NCBI RefSeq assembly: GCF_937919355.1
Contig: NZ_CALFSA010000016.1
Location: forward strand, 1 to 47,187
From: an uncultured Methanofollis sp.
Lineage (GTDB): Archaea; Halobacteriota; Methanomicrobia; Methanomicrobiales; Methanofollaceae
Direction of reading: 5' to 3'
Length of the DNA stretch: 47,187 nt
The position numbers were made by a program, and so were the translations under genes. Shown here piece after piece: positions 18,127-27,812 of the stretch (positions within the stretch are counted from its first letter, which is position 1; every line of letters begins with the position of its first letter). The notes beneath the pieces are model-generated. The model ran no database searches and had not been told where the DNA came from. It saw only the letters and a list, made by a program, of their open reading frames with translations.

Positions 18127-19326
18127 GTGTCGGACATCGGCGTCTCCCTCTTCCTTGCGTCCCGGTCGATCAGGCGGGGGAACAGGGGGACCTTCGTCCT
18201 CACCGTCATGATCATCGCCCTGGTCTTCGTGAACCTCGTCTTTCTCCCCTCCATCATCTCCGGGGTCGTCGAGATCTTCAACAGGCAGTCGATCGATTAC
18301 ACCTACGGCAACCTGGTCATCGAACCGAAGGAGAATGACCTCTATATCGACGACGTCGCCGCCCTGAAGAGGAAGATCGACCGCATCCCCGGCGTCGCAG
18401 GGTCGTCCCCCCATATCCAGATCGGCGCCACCTTCACCTACAGGGGAAAGGCGATCCCCGGCACAGTCGTCGCCTTCACGCCGCAGTATGAGAAGGAGGT
18501 GACCGCTCTCCATACCGCCGTTACATCGGGCGACTTCCTCTCTGACGGGGACAGGGACCAGATCGTCCTCGGCGTTCTCCTTGCCGGTGAGGAGGACGAG
18601 TCGAAGGACAGGATCGAGTCCCTCGGCGGCGTGAAGGTCGGCGACTCCGTGCTCGTCACCTTCACGAACGGGGAGACGCGGGATATGCGGGTGAAGGGCA
18701 TCATCGAGACGATGGCGGTCCAGGCCGACAGGCAGGCGTATGTCACCACCGGCGAGATGGAGGACGTCCTCGGCATCTCGGACCAGGCCAACCAGATCCT
18801 GGTCCGCACCGTGGAGGAGGGGAACGAGGAGGAGATGAAGGTCGCCCTCATGAGTTTCGGTGTCCAGGAGACGATCAAGACCTACGAGGAGAAGGCGCAG
18901 GGCTTCGTGACCGACGCCATCCAGAGCTTCGACATCATCAATGCGATCTCGACCCTGGTCTCCCTCGTCATCGCCGTCGTCGTCGTCTTCATCGTCATCT
19001 TCATCAGCACGGTGGGCAAGCGCAAGCAGATAGGGATCCTCAAGGCTATCGGGATCGACGAGAGGATCATCATCAACTCCTACGTGATCCAGGTGGCGGT
19101 CATCGCCTCTCTCGGGACGGCCGTCGGTCTCGTCTTTACCGCTCTCCTCACCCTGTACCTCACTGCAAACCCGCTCATCTTCCCGGGCGGCGCCGTCAGT
19201 CCGGTGCTCGAAGCCGGGCAGATCTCCCGGAGCATTGCAGGACTCTTTGCCGTCTCTCTTGTCTCCGGTTATATCCCGGCATGGAAGACGGCGCAGGAAC
19301 CGATCCTGGACGCCGTGAGGGGGTAG
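18127..19326 (+). CDS. ABC transporter permease, MacB/LolE/FtsX family
   Basis: TM1, large extracellular domain, 3 further TMs; RKQIGILKAIG; GYIPAWKTAQEPILDAVR; GTG start after GGAGGGGGG. Confidence 0.88.
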   Translation: MSDIGVSLFLASRSIRRGNRGTFVLTVMIIALVFVNLVFLPSIISGVVEIFNRQSIDYTYGNLVIEPKENDLYIDDVAALKRKIDRIPGVAGSSPHIQIGATFTYRGKAIPGTVVAFTPQYEKEVTALHTAVTSGDFLSDGDRDQIVLGVLLAGEEDESKDRIESLGGVKVGDSVLVTFTNGETRDMRVKGIIETMAVQADRQAYVTTGEMEDVLGISDQANQILVRTVEEGNEEEMKVALMSFGVQETIKTYEEKAQGFVTDAIQSFDIINAISTLVSLVIAVVVVFIVIFISTVGKRKQIGILKAIGIDERIIINSYVIQVAVIASLGTAVGLVFTALLTLYLTANPLIFPGGAVSPVLEAGQISRSIAGLFAVSLVSGYIPAWKTAQEPILDAVRG

Positions 19327-19328
19327 GC

Positions 19329-20081
19329 ATGATCGTTGCCCGCGACCTTGCCCGGACCTACATGCTCGGGGCGGTGCCTGTCCGCGCCCTGCGGGGCGTC
19401 TCCTTCACCATCGAGGGGGGGGAGTTCGTCGGGATCATGGGAGCCAGCGGGTCGGGGAAGTCCACCCTCCTCCACGCGATGGGCCTCCTCGACGTCCCGA
19501 CCGCGGGCACGATCGAGATCGACGGGACAGACGTCCTCGCCCTCTCCGGGAGGGAGAAGACGCGTTTCCGGCTGAACAGACTTGGCTACGTCTTCCAGGA
19601 CTACGCCCTCATCCCGGAACTGACGGTGGAGGAGAACGTGGTCCTCCCCTGTCTGGTGCGAGGCGTGCCCCGCGAGGAGTGCCTCGGCCTGAGCAGGGAA
19701 GTTCTCAGGGACGTTGGACTGGAGGGGCGGATGGACCACCGCCCGGCCGAACTCTCCGGCGGCGAACAGCAGAGGGTGGCGATTGCGCGGGCCCTGGTGA
19801 ACAGACCGGCCATCCTCTTCGCCGACGAGCCCTGCGCGAACCTCGACTCGGCGACCTCGACGACGATCCTGGACCTCTTTGCCCGCCTGAACGAAGAGTT
19901 CGGGCAGACGATCGTGATGGTGACGCATGAAGACTGGCATATCAGGTATTTCTGCCGGGTGATCTATCTCCGCGACGGCCTGGTCGAGAGGGAAGAACCG
20001 TGCAGGACGAAAAAAAGACGGAGGGCGTCACCGGATCGAGAGACCGCCGTCGACGACGATCGCCTGCCCGGTGATGTATGA
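19329..20081 (+). CDS. ABC transporter ATP-binding protein (LolD/MacB-like)
   Basis: [36 protein letters not shown]. Confidence 0.93.
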   Translation: MIVARDLARTYMLGAVPVRALRGVSFTIEGGEFVGIMGASGSGKSTLLHAMGLLDVPTAGTIEIDGTDVLALSGREKTRFRLNRLGYVFQDYALIPELTVEENVVLPCLVRGVPREECLGLSREVLRDVGLEGRMDHRPAELSGGEQQRVAIARALVNRPAILFADEPCANLDSATSTTILDLFARLNEEFGQTIVMVTHEDWHIRYFCRVIYLRDGLVEREEPCRTKKRRRASPDRETAVDDDRLPGDV

Positions 20082-20813
20082 GGCGGCGTCCGAGCAGAGC
20101 CAGAGAACTGCGGCGGCCACCTCCTCGGGACGCCCGAAGCGCCCGGCCGGGATCTCCTGCATCGCCCGCATCTTTGCCTGCGTGATGGAGACGCCCGGTA
20201 TTGTCTGCCACGCCCGGTCGAGCCCCTCTGTCTGGATGACGCCCGGGCAGACGGCATTGACCCTGATGCCCGAACTCGCGAATTCGAGGGCGGCGGCACG
20301 GGTGAGGGCGAGGTTGGCGCTCTTCGTCGCCGCATAGATCGAGGCCCCCGGTGACCCGAGGATGGCGGAGACAGCCGAGATGTTCACGATCGCCCCGCCA
20401 CCGTGCTGGACCATTGCCGGGATCTCGTACTTCAGGGAGAGGAAGACACCCCTGAAGTTCGTCCCGACGGTGCTGTCGAAGTCGCCACCGCTCTGCATGG
20501 GGATGAACTGTATTGCGCCGGCGACTCCGGCGGCATTGAAGGCGTAGTCGATCCCGCCGAATGTTTCCACCGTGGCGGCGACGAGCCTCTCGACGTCCTC
20601 GTCTCTGGAGACATCGGCCTCTACCCAGAGCGCCTCGCCACCGGCGTCCCGGACCGTCGCCACCGCCTGCTCACCTGTCTCCTTATGACGACTCCCGATC
20701 ACGACCCTGGCACCTTCCGCGGCGAAGGCGGCCGCCGTGGCCCGCCCGATACCCGAACTCCCCCCGGTAATGAGGGCGACCCGGTCCCTGAACTCCCCGT
20801 ATCTTGCGCCCAT
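20028..20813 (-). CDS. Short-chain dehydrogenase/reductase
   Basis: [37 protein letters not shown]; ATG 20813 follows GAGGAGGGGG. Confidence 0.92.
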   Translation of the reverse strand: MGARYGEFRDRVALITGGSSGIGRATAAAFAAEGARVVIGSRHKETGEQAVATVRDAGGEALWVEADVSRDEDVERLVAATVETFGGIDYAFNAAGVAGAIQFIPMQSGGDFDSTVGTNFRGVFLSLKYEIPAMVQHGGGAIVNISAVSAILGSPGASIYAATKSANLALTRAAALEFASSGIRVNAVCPGVIQTEGLDRAWQTIPGVSITQAKMRAMQEIPAGRFGRPEEVAAAVLWLCSDAASYITGQAIVVDGGLSIR

Positions 20814-20934
20814 ATCTGTCCCCCCCTCCTCACTCTCTTCATTCATCTGCTTTGCGGCGCCTGCTGCCATGAGGGGGTACGCGTATCCGCCGCCTTCTCC
20901 CTCATCTGATCCGGGGGAAGACGCCGGCAGCGTA

Positions 20935-21291
20935 TCATACCGCCCGTATCGTCAGGGTGAACGTCTTCTCTGCCGCAGCGTCAGGTGCCCCGACCCTCAC
21001 CCACAGGGCCCTGAAGGTGTACGTCCCCGGTCCCAGAGGTTCGACCGTCCACTCCTGCGTCCCCGCCGCCGTCTTCTCGTCGGTGACGACGAGGCCGTCG
21101 CTCATGTCAGTCCTCCACTCGTACTTCTCGACGGTGTCGTACGGGAGGGCGACGATCACCCGCCCTCCTTCGCCGACGCTGACAGTCGTCCCGTTCTCCT
21201 TCTCTCCCACCCTCACGGTGTCAGGGGTGCCGGTGCATCCCACGATGCAGGCGGCAAGTGCAAGGAGGACGATGACGGTCCCGGACTTCAT
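20935..21291 (-). CDS. Lipoprotein, chagasin/I42 protease-inhibitor-like (118 aa)
   Basis: Lipobox-like IVGC; [28 protein letters not shown] match the I42 fold pattern; start reassigned within the longer ORF. Confidence 0.65.
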   Translation of the reverse strand: MKSGTVIVLLALAACIVGCTGTPDTVRVGEKENGTTVSVGEGGRVIVALPYDTVEKYEWRTDMSDGLVVTDEKTAAGTQEWTVEPLGPGTYTFRALWVRVGAPDAAAEKTFTLTIRAV

Positions 21292-21465
21292 CGCCCGGCA
21301 TCTGTCTGCCGCGGTCATAACACTTGCGGCACCGGGATAGGTTTTTGCCCCCTGTACACAAACCAGACCTGTATATTCTGCACCGTCCTGAAGAGGGCGG
21401 TCGCGGACGCTCCGGCCCCCTCCTCTTTCGGTACGCCGGAGACACACCAGAAGGTCGGAACTGTG

Positions 21466-22644
21466 ATGGAATACCGTTTTGCAGACCGTATGTATCATGC
21501 CCCTGAATCGTTTATCGAAGAACTCTTCCGGGTCTCTGGCGTCCCCGGCGTCATCTCCTTTGCCGGAGGGCTGCCCGACCCCTCTCTCATCGACGTGGAG
21601 GGGATCGGAAAAGCGGCCTCCGAGGTGATGGAGGAGGAGGGGGCGATCGCCCTCCAGTACTCGACGACAGACGGTTACCTCCCCCTGCGTGAGTTCATCG
21701 CCGCACGCTACAGAAAACGCCTCGGCATCCCGGCAGAGGCGTCTGAGATCCAGATCGTGAATGGTTCGCAGCAGTGCCTCGACCTGATGGCGAAGATCTT
21801 CCTCAACCCCGGCGACACCGCCGGGGTGGAAGGACCGGGGTACCTCGGCGCAATCGAGGCCTTCTCCCTCTACGAACCGCAGGTCCGTGCCGTCCCCCTC
21901 GAAGAGGACGGCCCTGACCTCGAAGCCTTCGAGGCGCTCGTCAGGGAGCACGCTCCCAAATACTTCTACGGTGTCCCGAACTCCCAGAACCCCTCGGGCC
22001 TCACCTACTCACAGGAGAAGAGGAAGGCGATCGCCGATATCCTCGAGGGGACGGGCACGGTCTTCTACGAGGACGACGCCTTTGGAGAACTCTTCTTCGA
22101 CAGACGCCCGCGCCTCCCGGTGAAGAAATACCTCCCCGACGGTGCCGTGCTCTCCGGTTCGTTCTCGAAGACAGTCTCGCCGGGCATGCGTATCGGGTGG
22201 ATACTCGCCCCGGCACCTGTCCTGAAACAGTTCAATGTGGCGAAGCAGGCGGCCGACCTCCACTCCAACTTCCTCTGCCAGATGGTCCTCCACCGCTACC
22301 TGACAGAGACCGACCTCGACGCGCATGTCAGCCGGATCTCCGCGGTGTACGGGAGGCGCTGCCGCCTCATGTGCGACCTCCTCGACGACGGTTTCCCCGC
22401 CGGCGTCACCCACACGACACCACAGGGGGGGATGTTCCTGCTCGTCTCCCTCCCCGACGGCGTCTCGGCGATGGACGTCTTCCATGAAGGGATCAGGAAA
22501 GGCGTCGCCGTCCTGCCGGGCGTCCCCTTCTACGCAAACGGCGGCGGGGAGCACACCATCCGCCTGAACTTCTCCTGCGTCGACGATGAAAGCATCGCCG
22601 AGGGGATGGCCAGGCTGAAGGGCGTTATCGCCTCGTGCGTGTGA
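21466..22644 (+). CDS. PLP-dependent class I aminotransferase (LysN/ARO8-like)
   Basis: ISFAGGLP, ALQYS, NGSQQ, NSQNPSG, EDDAF, GSFSKTVSPGMRIGW, GGMF, IRLNFS; likely start ATG 21466. Confidence 0.92.
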   Translation: MEYRFADRMYHAPESFIEELFRVSGVPGVISFAGGLPDPSLIDVEGIGKAASEVMEEEGAIALQYSTTDGYLPLREFIAARYRKRLGIPAEASEIQIVNGSQQCLDLMAKIFLNPGDTAGVEGPGYLGAIEAFSLYEPQVRAVPLEEDGPDLEAFEALVREHAPKYFYGVPNSQNPSGLTYSQEKRKAIADILEGTGTVFYEDDAFGELFFDRRPRLPVKKYLPDGAVLSGSFSKTVSPGMRIGWILAPAPVLKQFNVAKQAADLHSNFLCQMVLHRYLTETDLDAHVSRISAVYGRRCRLMCDLLDDGFPAGVTHTTPQGGMFLLVSLPDGVSAMDVFHEGIRKGVAVLPGVPFYANGGGEHTIRLNFSCVDDESIAEGMARLKGVIASCV

Positions 22645-22767
22645 AGGCACGGTTGTCCTGCTATTCACCACTTTTTCCGCCGGTAGCAGGCATGAGATAG
22701 CCGCAGGTCTTTGAGGGTGCTCCTCCACCTCCCCCTCAAAGACTTTAAAATATGACGTCAATGATAT

Positions 22768-23709
22768 GTGGCAATGTTCGATCTCTTCGCCATTCTCCTC
22801 ACGATCGCCGGTCTCTGCCTCTTTGAGACGATATCGTCGATCGACAATGCCATCATCAACGCTGAGGTGCTCAGCACGATGGGGGAGAGGGCGCGGCGGT
22901 GGTTCCTCGTCTGGGGCCTCCTCTTTGCGGTCTTTGTGGTGCGGGGTATCATGCCCTGGCTCATTGTCTGGGCGGCGACCCCGTCTCTCGGCCCGATCGG
23001 TGCCCTGACAGCCACATTCTCCGATGACCCGGCAGTCATTGCATCGATCAATGACTCGGCGCCCATTCTCCTCATCGGCGGCGGCACCTTCCTCCTCTTT
23101 CTCTTCCTCCACTGGCTCTTTCTGGAGCCCAAGGAGTTCGGCCTCAGGGGCGAGCGCTACTTTGCGGAGAAAGGGGTCTGGTTCTACGCCGCCGTCTCGG
23201 TGACCCTCGCAGTCCTCGTCTGGTTCGCCCTCGAAACACGCCCCCTCATGGCCTTCGGCGCTGTCGTGGGCTCGACGGCCTTCTTCATCGTCCAGGGCTT
23301 CAGGATGAACGCCGACATGAAGGAACAGCAGCTCAAGGAGCAGCATCTCTCTGACTTCAGCAAACTCTGCTACCTTGAGGTGATCGACGCCACCTTCTCC
23401 ATCGACGGCGTCCTCGGTGCCTTCGCGTTCACTCTCTCCGTCCCCCTCATCATCATCGGTAACGGTCTCGGCGCCTTTGTGGTGCGTGAACTCACCATCA
23501 GGAACATAGAACACATCAAGCGCTACGTCTTCCTCAAGAACGGTGCGATGTATTCCATCCTCTGTCTGGGTGCGATCATGGTCCTCCACTCCTTCGGCGT
23601 CCCCGTCCCGTCGTTTGTGTCGCCGGTGGTCACCTTCGGCGTCGTCGGCTACTTCCTCTACAAGTCGATCAAGTTCGCCCGCTACATGGACCTGCGGCAC
23701 GGGCAGTGA
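22768..23709 (+). CDS. DUF475 (TerC-related) integral membrane protein
   Basis: SSIDNAIINA, YLEVIDATFSIDGVLGAFA, YVFLKNGAMYSI; TTTAAAATA TATA-like element upstream. Confidence 0.85.
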   Translation: MAMFDLFAILLTIAGLCLFETISSIDNAIINAEVLSTMGERARRWFLVWGLLFAVFVVRGIMPWLIVWAATPSLGPIGALTATFSDDPAVIASINDSAPILLIGGGTFLLFLFLHWLFLEPKEFGLRGERYFAEKGVWFYAAVSVTLAVLVWFALETRPLMAFGAVVGSTAFFIVQGFRMNADMKEQQLKEQHLSDFSKLCYLEVIDATFSIDGVLGAFAFTLSVPLIIIGNGLGAFVVRELTIRNIEHIKRYVFLKNGAMYSILCLGAIMVLHSFGVPVPSFVSPVVTFGVVGYFLYKSIKFARYMDLRHGQ

Positions 23710-23809
23710 GGTACTGCGGGAGGACTCTCCCCCTCTCTCCTTCATGGCGGGCATTCGTCGCCGTTCTTTCTCTGAAGAAATCCTGTTCCGGAGTGCCTCT
23801 GCCGGGGGG

Positions 23810-24360
23810 CTGCCTTGAAGACTCTGTCTTCTCGACTCCCTCTGGTCGTCACTCGAAAACCTCACGGTCAACGGTAAATCAGAGATTTGCCAGAACAGGA
23901 AAATCTTCGATTTTCCCGTATTTCTCACGGTCGCTATCGCTCCCTCTCCCCGGTCCCTCGAAAGCCTCTGGCTTTCTCGAACTCGCTACCGCTCGTTCCC
24001 CGCATCAGGATAGAACCGGGGATGGTAACCCCCTCTCACGATTGTTGATTTCGCCTTCCCTGCCCTATCGCAATTCCAGGGACAACCGAAGGGAGTCGAG
24101 AGAGGTGTGACCGGAGGGAGCATGAGAATACGGGAAATGCAAAGCATTTCCCGTTCACGCACATCTTCGATGTGCAGCGGGTCGAAGACCTTCGAGGTGT
24201 GACCGGAGGGCGCTAGAGAAGGTCGAAGACCTTCGAGGATCCCCCCGCGCGAAGATGAAGGAAGGCGGTTGAGTCACGTTCGTACCCGGAAAAAGTGAGA
24301 GTTTACCATGAAAACCACCAAGGTGGTTTTCAAAGAACCGCCTGAAACTTCGTTTCATGA
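23810..24360. repeat. Mosaic cluster of short palindromic modules (REP/BIME-like) between convergent genes
   Basis: Hairpins at 23817-23831, 23873-23891, 23898-23916, 24131-24153, 24309-24332, 24343-24357; direct repeats GAGGTGTGACCGGAGGG (24102, 24194) and GGTCGAAGACCTTCGAGG (24180, 24221); CAGGATAG at 24006. Confidence 0.75.
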
Positions 24361-24443
24361 GCGATTCTACAAAGCCCGGAAATATTTTGTTCAGGGTTGT
24401 CGGCGATCAAAAATTTTCCTGACCATCCATGAGGGCCATTCTC

Positions 24444-24971
24444 TTACGTCCGCCTCCCCTGCGACGCCCTTGCCGCCGCGACAAAACCCTCCGGGTCGCG
24501 GCTTCCGAAGAGGACCTTCCTCCCGTCCCTGAGGTACACCCGCACCCCGCGGTCGCCCCCGGTCGTATAGGCCCGCCAGCCTCCGGCGCCCCGCCTGATG
24601 CCCCATCCGCCGAACTCTTTCATGGGACTGTATGTGCAGGCCTCCAGGCGGACGATCTCCCCCGCGGGGATCACCCTGAACCTGAGGTGGAGGGGGAAGT
24701 AACGGTAGGCGATCCCGTCGACCCGCACCTCGACGGTGAGGTGAAGGACGGCGAAGAAGAGGGGGAAGAGCGTGCCGAAGACGATGGTGATGACGGCCAT
24801 CCCCCAGTCGGGCGCCGGGTTGTTCCCGAAGGGGATGCCAAGGAGCAACTGCTGCACCGCCCCCCACCAGGCGATTCCTGCAATGAGAGCGAGGACTGCC
24901 CAGAGCCAGACCTGGGTGAAGTGCTGCCTCTCCCTGAAGATGACCGGGACTTTGTCGACGTCGCTTTCCAT
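24444..24971 (-). CDS. Hypothetical membrane protein (DUF6141/bacterial PH-like)
   Basis: FRERQHFTQVWLW, two TM helices, YSPMKEFGGWGIR, GRKVLFGS. Confidence 0.75.
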   Translation of the reverse strand: MESDVDKVPVIFRERQHFTQVWLWAVLALIAGIAWWGAVQQLLLGIPFGNNPAPDWGMAVITIVFGTLFPLFFAVLHLTVEVRVDGIAYRYFPLHLRFRVIPAGEIVRLEACTYSPMKEFGGWGIRRGAGGWRAYTTGGDRGVRVYLRDGRKVLFGSRDPEGFVAAARASQGRRT

Positions 24972-25050
24972 ATAAATCTCTCAATAGTGTCGTCTTCGGG
25001 GGATATATGATGATACTCGTGGAGAAGAATGCCGGTTATTCATTCAGGCC

Positions 25051-25260
25051 TCACCTTCGCGGTGGCGAGGTTAAGGCACAGAGGGCACCACCGAAAGCCA
25101 TCCAGATTGTCTGGTACGTCCCCTGCGCGAGCAACCAGCCTCCCGCAATACTCCCCAGACCTCCCCCGCAGAAAAGCCCCGGCCCGATCAGTCCTGAGGG
25201 GAGTCCCCGGGAACCGGCAGTGACATCACGCGCTATCGTCGCCAGTGTCGATTTTTGCCC
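25051..25260 (-). pseudogene. Startless relic of an MFS transporter C-terminus
   Basis: Hand translation: GQKSTLATIARDVTAGSRGLPSGLIGPGLFCGGGLGSIAGGWLLAQGTYQTIWMAFGGAL...*; no start codon upstream before the VOC gene stop. Confidence 0.55.
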
Positions 25261-25332
25261 GTCTCCGGTCTCTGTACCCTCACTATCGTGCGGACCCGCC
25301 GCCGTAACCCGCCTCTCAACGCTTGAGGTGCC

Positions 25333-25821
25333 TCAGTCGCAGCACTCGCGTCCCAGCATCGCCGCCACGACCTGCGGGGGGAGAGTCGTCCTCTCGCTGA
25401 TCCCGGCATCGGACAACCCCTCCGCCGCGAGGCGTGCGACCACCGCTGGCATCGGTTCGGCCACCTCGACCAGGTGACCGTCGGGGTCGAAGAACCGGAC
25501 CACGCGCTGGGCCCATGGTTGCTCTTTCAGAGGGTGGAGGAGCCGGACACCCGCATCTGCGACCCGCCCGGCCATCTCCTCGATCTCCGCCGTCTCGAAG
25601 TAGACCTCTATCTGCGGTGCCGGCACCTCGCCCTGCGGCATCTTCCCCGCGTACAGCAGGTTGTTCACGTAGGCAAGGTCCCAGAGGGCAAGCCCGCCGA
25701 CAAACCCAACATTCACGCCGATGTCCAGTTCTATCTCCTGCCCGAGGACGTCGATATAGAAGGCCTTCGCTCTCTCCATGTCCCCGACAAAGAGGACCGT
25801 GCTCCTGAAGGTTATATTCAT
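25333..25821 (-). CDS. VOC/glyoxalase family protein
   Basis: LFVGDMERAKAFY, EVYFE, EQPWAQRVVRFFDPDGHLVEV. Confidence 0.88.
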   Translation of the reverse strand: MNITFRSTVLFVGDMERAKAFYIDVLGQEIELDIGVNVGFVGGLALWDLAYVNNLLYAGKMPQGEVPAPQIEVYFETAEIEEMAGRVADAGVRLLHPLKEQPWAQRVVRFFDPDGHLVEVAEPMPAVVARLAAEGLSDAGISERTTLPPQVVAAMLGRECCD

Positions 25822-25880
25822 GGCGAGGATATCTGCGCCGCAGGATAAAAGGTATTCGATATATCGCGGAGGACGAATTG

Positions 25881-25895
25881 CCAAAAAAAGAAAGG
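25881..25895 (-). terminator. Oligo-T terminator after nusA
   Basis: Minus strand CCTTTCTTTTTTTGG immediately after the nusA stop. Confidence 0.5.
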
Positions 25896-25896
25896 T

Positions 25897-26349
25897 TTAG
25901 AAACCCTCGTCGTCCTGGACGAGTTGCACATCGGCGATGTCATGCTGCCGGCCGGCGAGTTTCTTTGCCTTGAAAATGTTCTTTCCTTCCTTGCCAATTG
26001 CAAGACCGCGGTCATCGGGCTTCACGTCGACGAGGGCGACCTTCTCTCCATCCTCGTTCGTGGAGAAGGTGATTGAGGTGACCTGCGCCGGGAGGAAGCA
26101 GTTCTTCAGGAACTGCTCGGGGTCATTCGAGTACTCGACGACCTCGATCCTCTTGCCGAAGGCCTCGGAGGCCTTCTTGATCGTCGCTCCCTTCTTCCCG
26201 ATCGCAAGCCCCATGTCGCCAGGATTGATGACGAAGATGATGCGGTCGTTCCTCTCGTCGATGATGCAGTCCCGGCTGCCCGCGCCGGTCATGTTCTCGA
26301 ACTTGGAGATCAACTGCATGCAGTCTTCGGTGAGTTTAATTTCTGCCAT
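25897..26349 (-). CDS. nusA: Archaeal NusA (KH domains)
   Basis: Two GLAIGK(K/E)G KH motifs; canonical operon position. Confidence 0.95.
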   Translation of the reverse strand: MAEIKLTEDCMQLISKFENMTGAGSRDCIIDERNDRIIFVINPGDMGLAIGKKGATIKKASEAFGKRIEVVEYSNDPEQFLKNCFLPAQVTSITFSTNEDGEKVALVDVKPDDRGLAIGKEGKNIFKAKKLAGRQHDIADVQLVQDDEGF

Positions 26350-26640
26350 CTAGGCCCTCTTGATGCTGAGGATATCTGAGTCGCCGGGTTCGACGACTGC
26401 AAGCGCACTGACGACAAATGGCTTACCGCAGGCCTTTCCGAGTTCGACACCTGAATTGCTGTACACGTAACTTGCAACGCTCTCGTTGGCCAGCATGGCC
26501 TCTTTGAATGCTGCGGGGCAGTTTTTGGCGATGACGACAAGCTGGGCCTTACCGGCCTTGACACACTCTTCAGTTGCGTTCTGTCCAAGGAAGACCTTGC
26601 CGGTTTTGATGGCTCTTCTCAAAGACTCGTTAAAGTCCAT
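26350..26640 (-). CDS. rpl30e: 50S ribosomal protein L30e
   Basis: KTGKVFLG, IAKNCP, ELGKACGKPF, PGDSDIL. Confidence 0.96.
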   Translation of the reverse strand: MDFNESLRRAIKTGKVFLGQNATEECVKAGKAQLVVIAKNCPAAFKEAMLANESVASYVYSNSGVELGKACGKPFVVSALAVVEPGDSDILSIKRA

Positions 26641-26642
26641 AA

Positions 26643-27812
26643 TTAATTCTCCTGGTTTAAGGGTTTTGCAATTAACCTGATATCCCCTGTTCCGAGCTGG
26701 ATCGGCTGACCGACGATGACGTTCTCGGTCACGCCGTTGAGAATATCAGATTCTCTTGCGACCGCGGCGTCGAGGAGGTGGTTGACAGTCACTTCGAAGG
26801 CGGCACGGGAGAGGACACTCTCCTTCTCGCCCGCGATACCGTGACGGCCGATCTGTTTGACCTCTCCGTCCATGCACATCATGTCAGCGATGAGCATGAT
26901 ATGCCGCACGTCAACCGAGATACCCTGCTCCCCGAGCGTGCTCTTCATCTCGTCGATGATCGCATTTCTGGCGGCCTCGATCCCGAGGATCTGGGAGATC
27001 TCGTTGATATTGTTGGTGCGGGTACGGGTGGTGTCGACACCCTCGACCTCGAACACATCCTTTAGGTTGGATCCTTCAGTATAAAGTATATACTCTCCTC
27101 CTTCCTTCCTGACAACCACCCGCTCGATGTCGTCGATACCCTGCACGATCACGTTCCTGACATGATCGGCAAGCTGGAAGAGGTTCTGGTACGTCTCGTT
27201 CTTGGGGGTGAAGATGATCGTCCCGTCTGCGGCGTTCCCTTCGGACTCGAAGTCGCGGTAGTGACGGCGGTCCCGGATCTTCTGCGGCGCTCTCTCCATG
27301 ATCTCGCTCATGGCGATCTTCCTCTTGTCGCAGACCTCCTTTTTGATGTGCATCTCCACCCGCATGTTCGCCATGTCAGTGATGATGTCGCCGAACTCGT
27401 GGAGGGGTGCCGCTTCGATCTGCCAGGAGACTTCACGTGCCTTGTCCCTGTCAACCGAGTACTCGGGCTCCAGGTGGATCGTCATCGTCGGGGTCGAGGG
27501 TTCCTTCCTGGCGTCCATGATCTCGATGAGACGGGGCAGACCGAGAGTAACGTTGATCTCGGCCACACCGGCGTAGTGGAAAGTACGCATCGTCATCTGG
27601 GTGCCGGGCTCGCCCAGGGACTGGGCGGCCACAATACCGCAGGCCTCGCAGGGCTCGATCCGGGTCCGCTCATACTCGTGCTGCATACCCTTCATGATCG
27701 CTGCAAACTGCTCTGCGGTGACTTCCTTCCCGTCGAGGTCCTTGATCAGTTCATCTTTTGTCCTTTCCGGGAGTTCGGCCGCGTGGATCGCGGCCAGCAT
27801 TGATTCGTCCAT
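26643..27812 (-). CDS. rpoA2: RNA polymerase subunit A'' (Rpo1C)
   Basis: [49 protein letters not shown]. Confidence 0.97.
   Translation of the reverse strand: MDESMLAAIHAAELPERTKDELIKDLDGKEVTAEQFAAIMKGMQHEYERTRIEPCEACGIVAAQSLGEPGTQMTMRTFHYAGVAEINVTLGLPRLIEIMDARKEPSTPTMTIHLEPEYSVDRDKAREVSWQIEAAPLHEFGDIITDMANMRVEMHIKKEVCDKRKIAMSEIMERAPQKIRDRRHYRDFESEGNAADGTIIFTPKNETYQNLFQLADHVRNVIVQGIDDIERVVVRKEGGEYILYTEGSNLKDVFEVEGVDTTRTRTNNINEISQILGIEAARNAIIDEMKSTLGEQGISVDVRHIMLIADMMCMDGEVKQIGRHGIAGEKESVLSRAAFEVTVNHLLDAAVARESDILNGVTENVIVGQPIQLGTGDIRLIAKPLNQEN

Noticed and set aside
20737-21465. N-terminal extension of the aminotransferase (MocR-like fusion)
   Set aside because: No HTH domain; the extension overlaps the SDR and lipoprotein genes on the opposite strand; ATG 21466 gives the normal length
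23706-24532. Short ORFs 23706-24110, 24155-24358 and 24308-24532
   Set aside because: They run across the palindromic repeat mosaic and lack protein-like features
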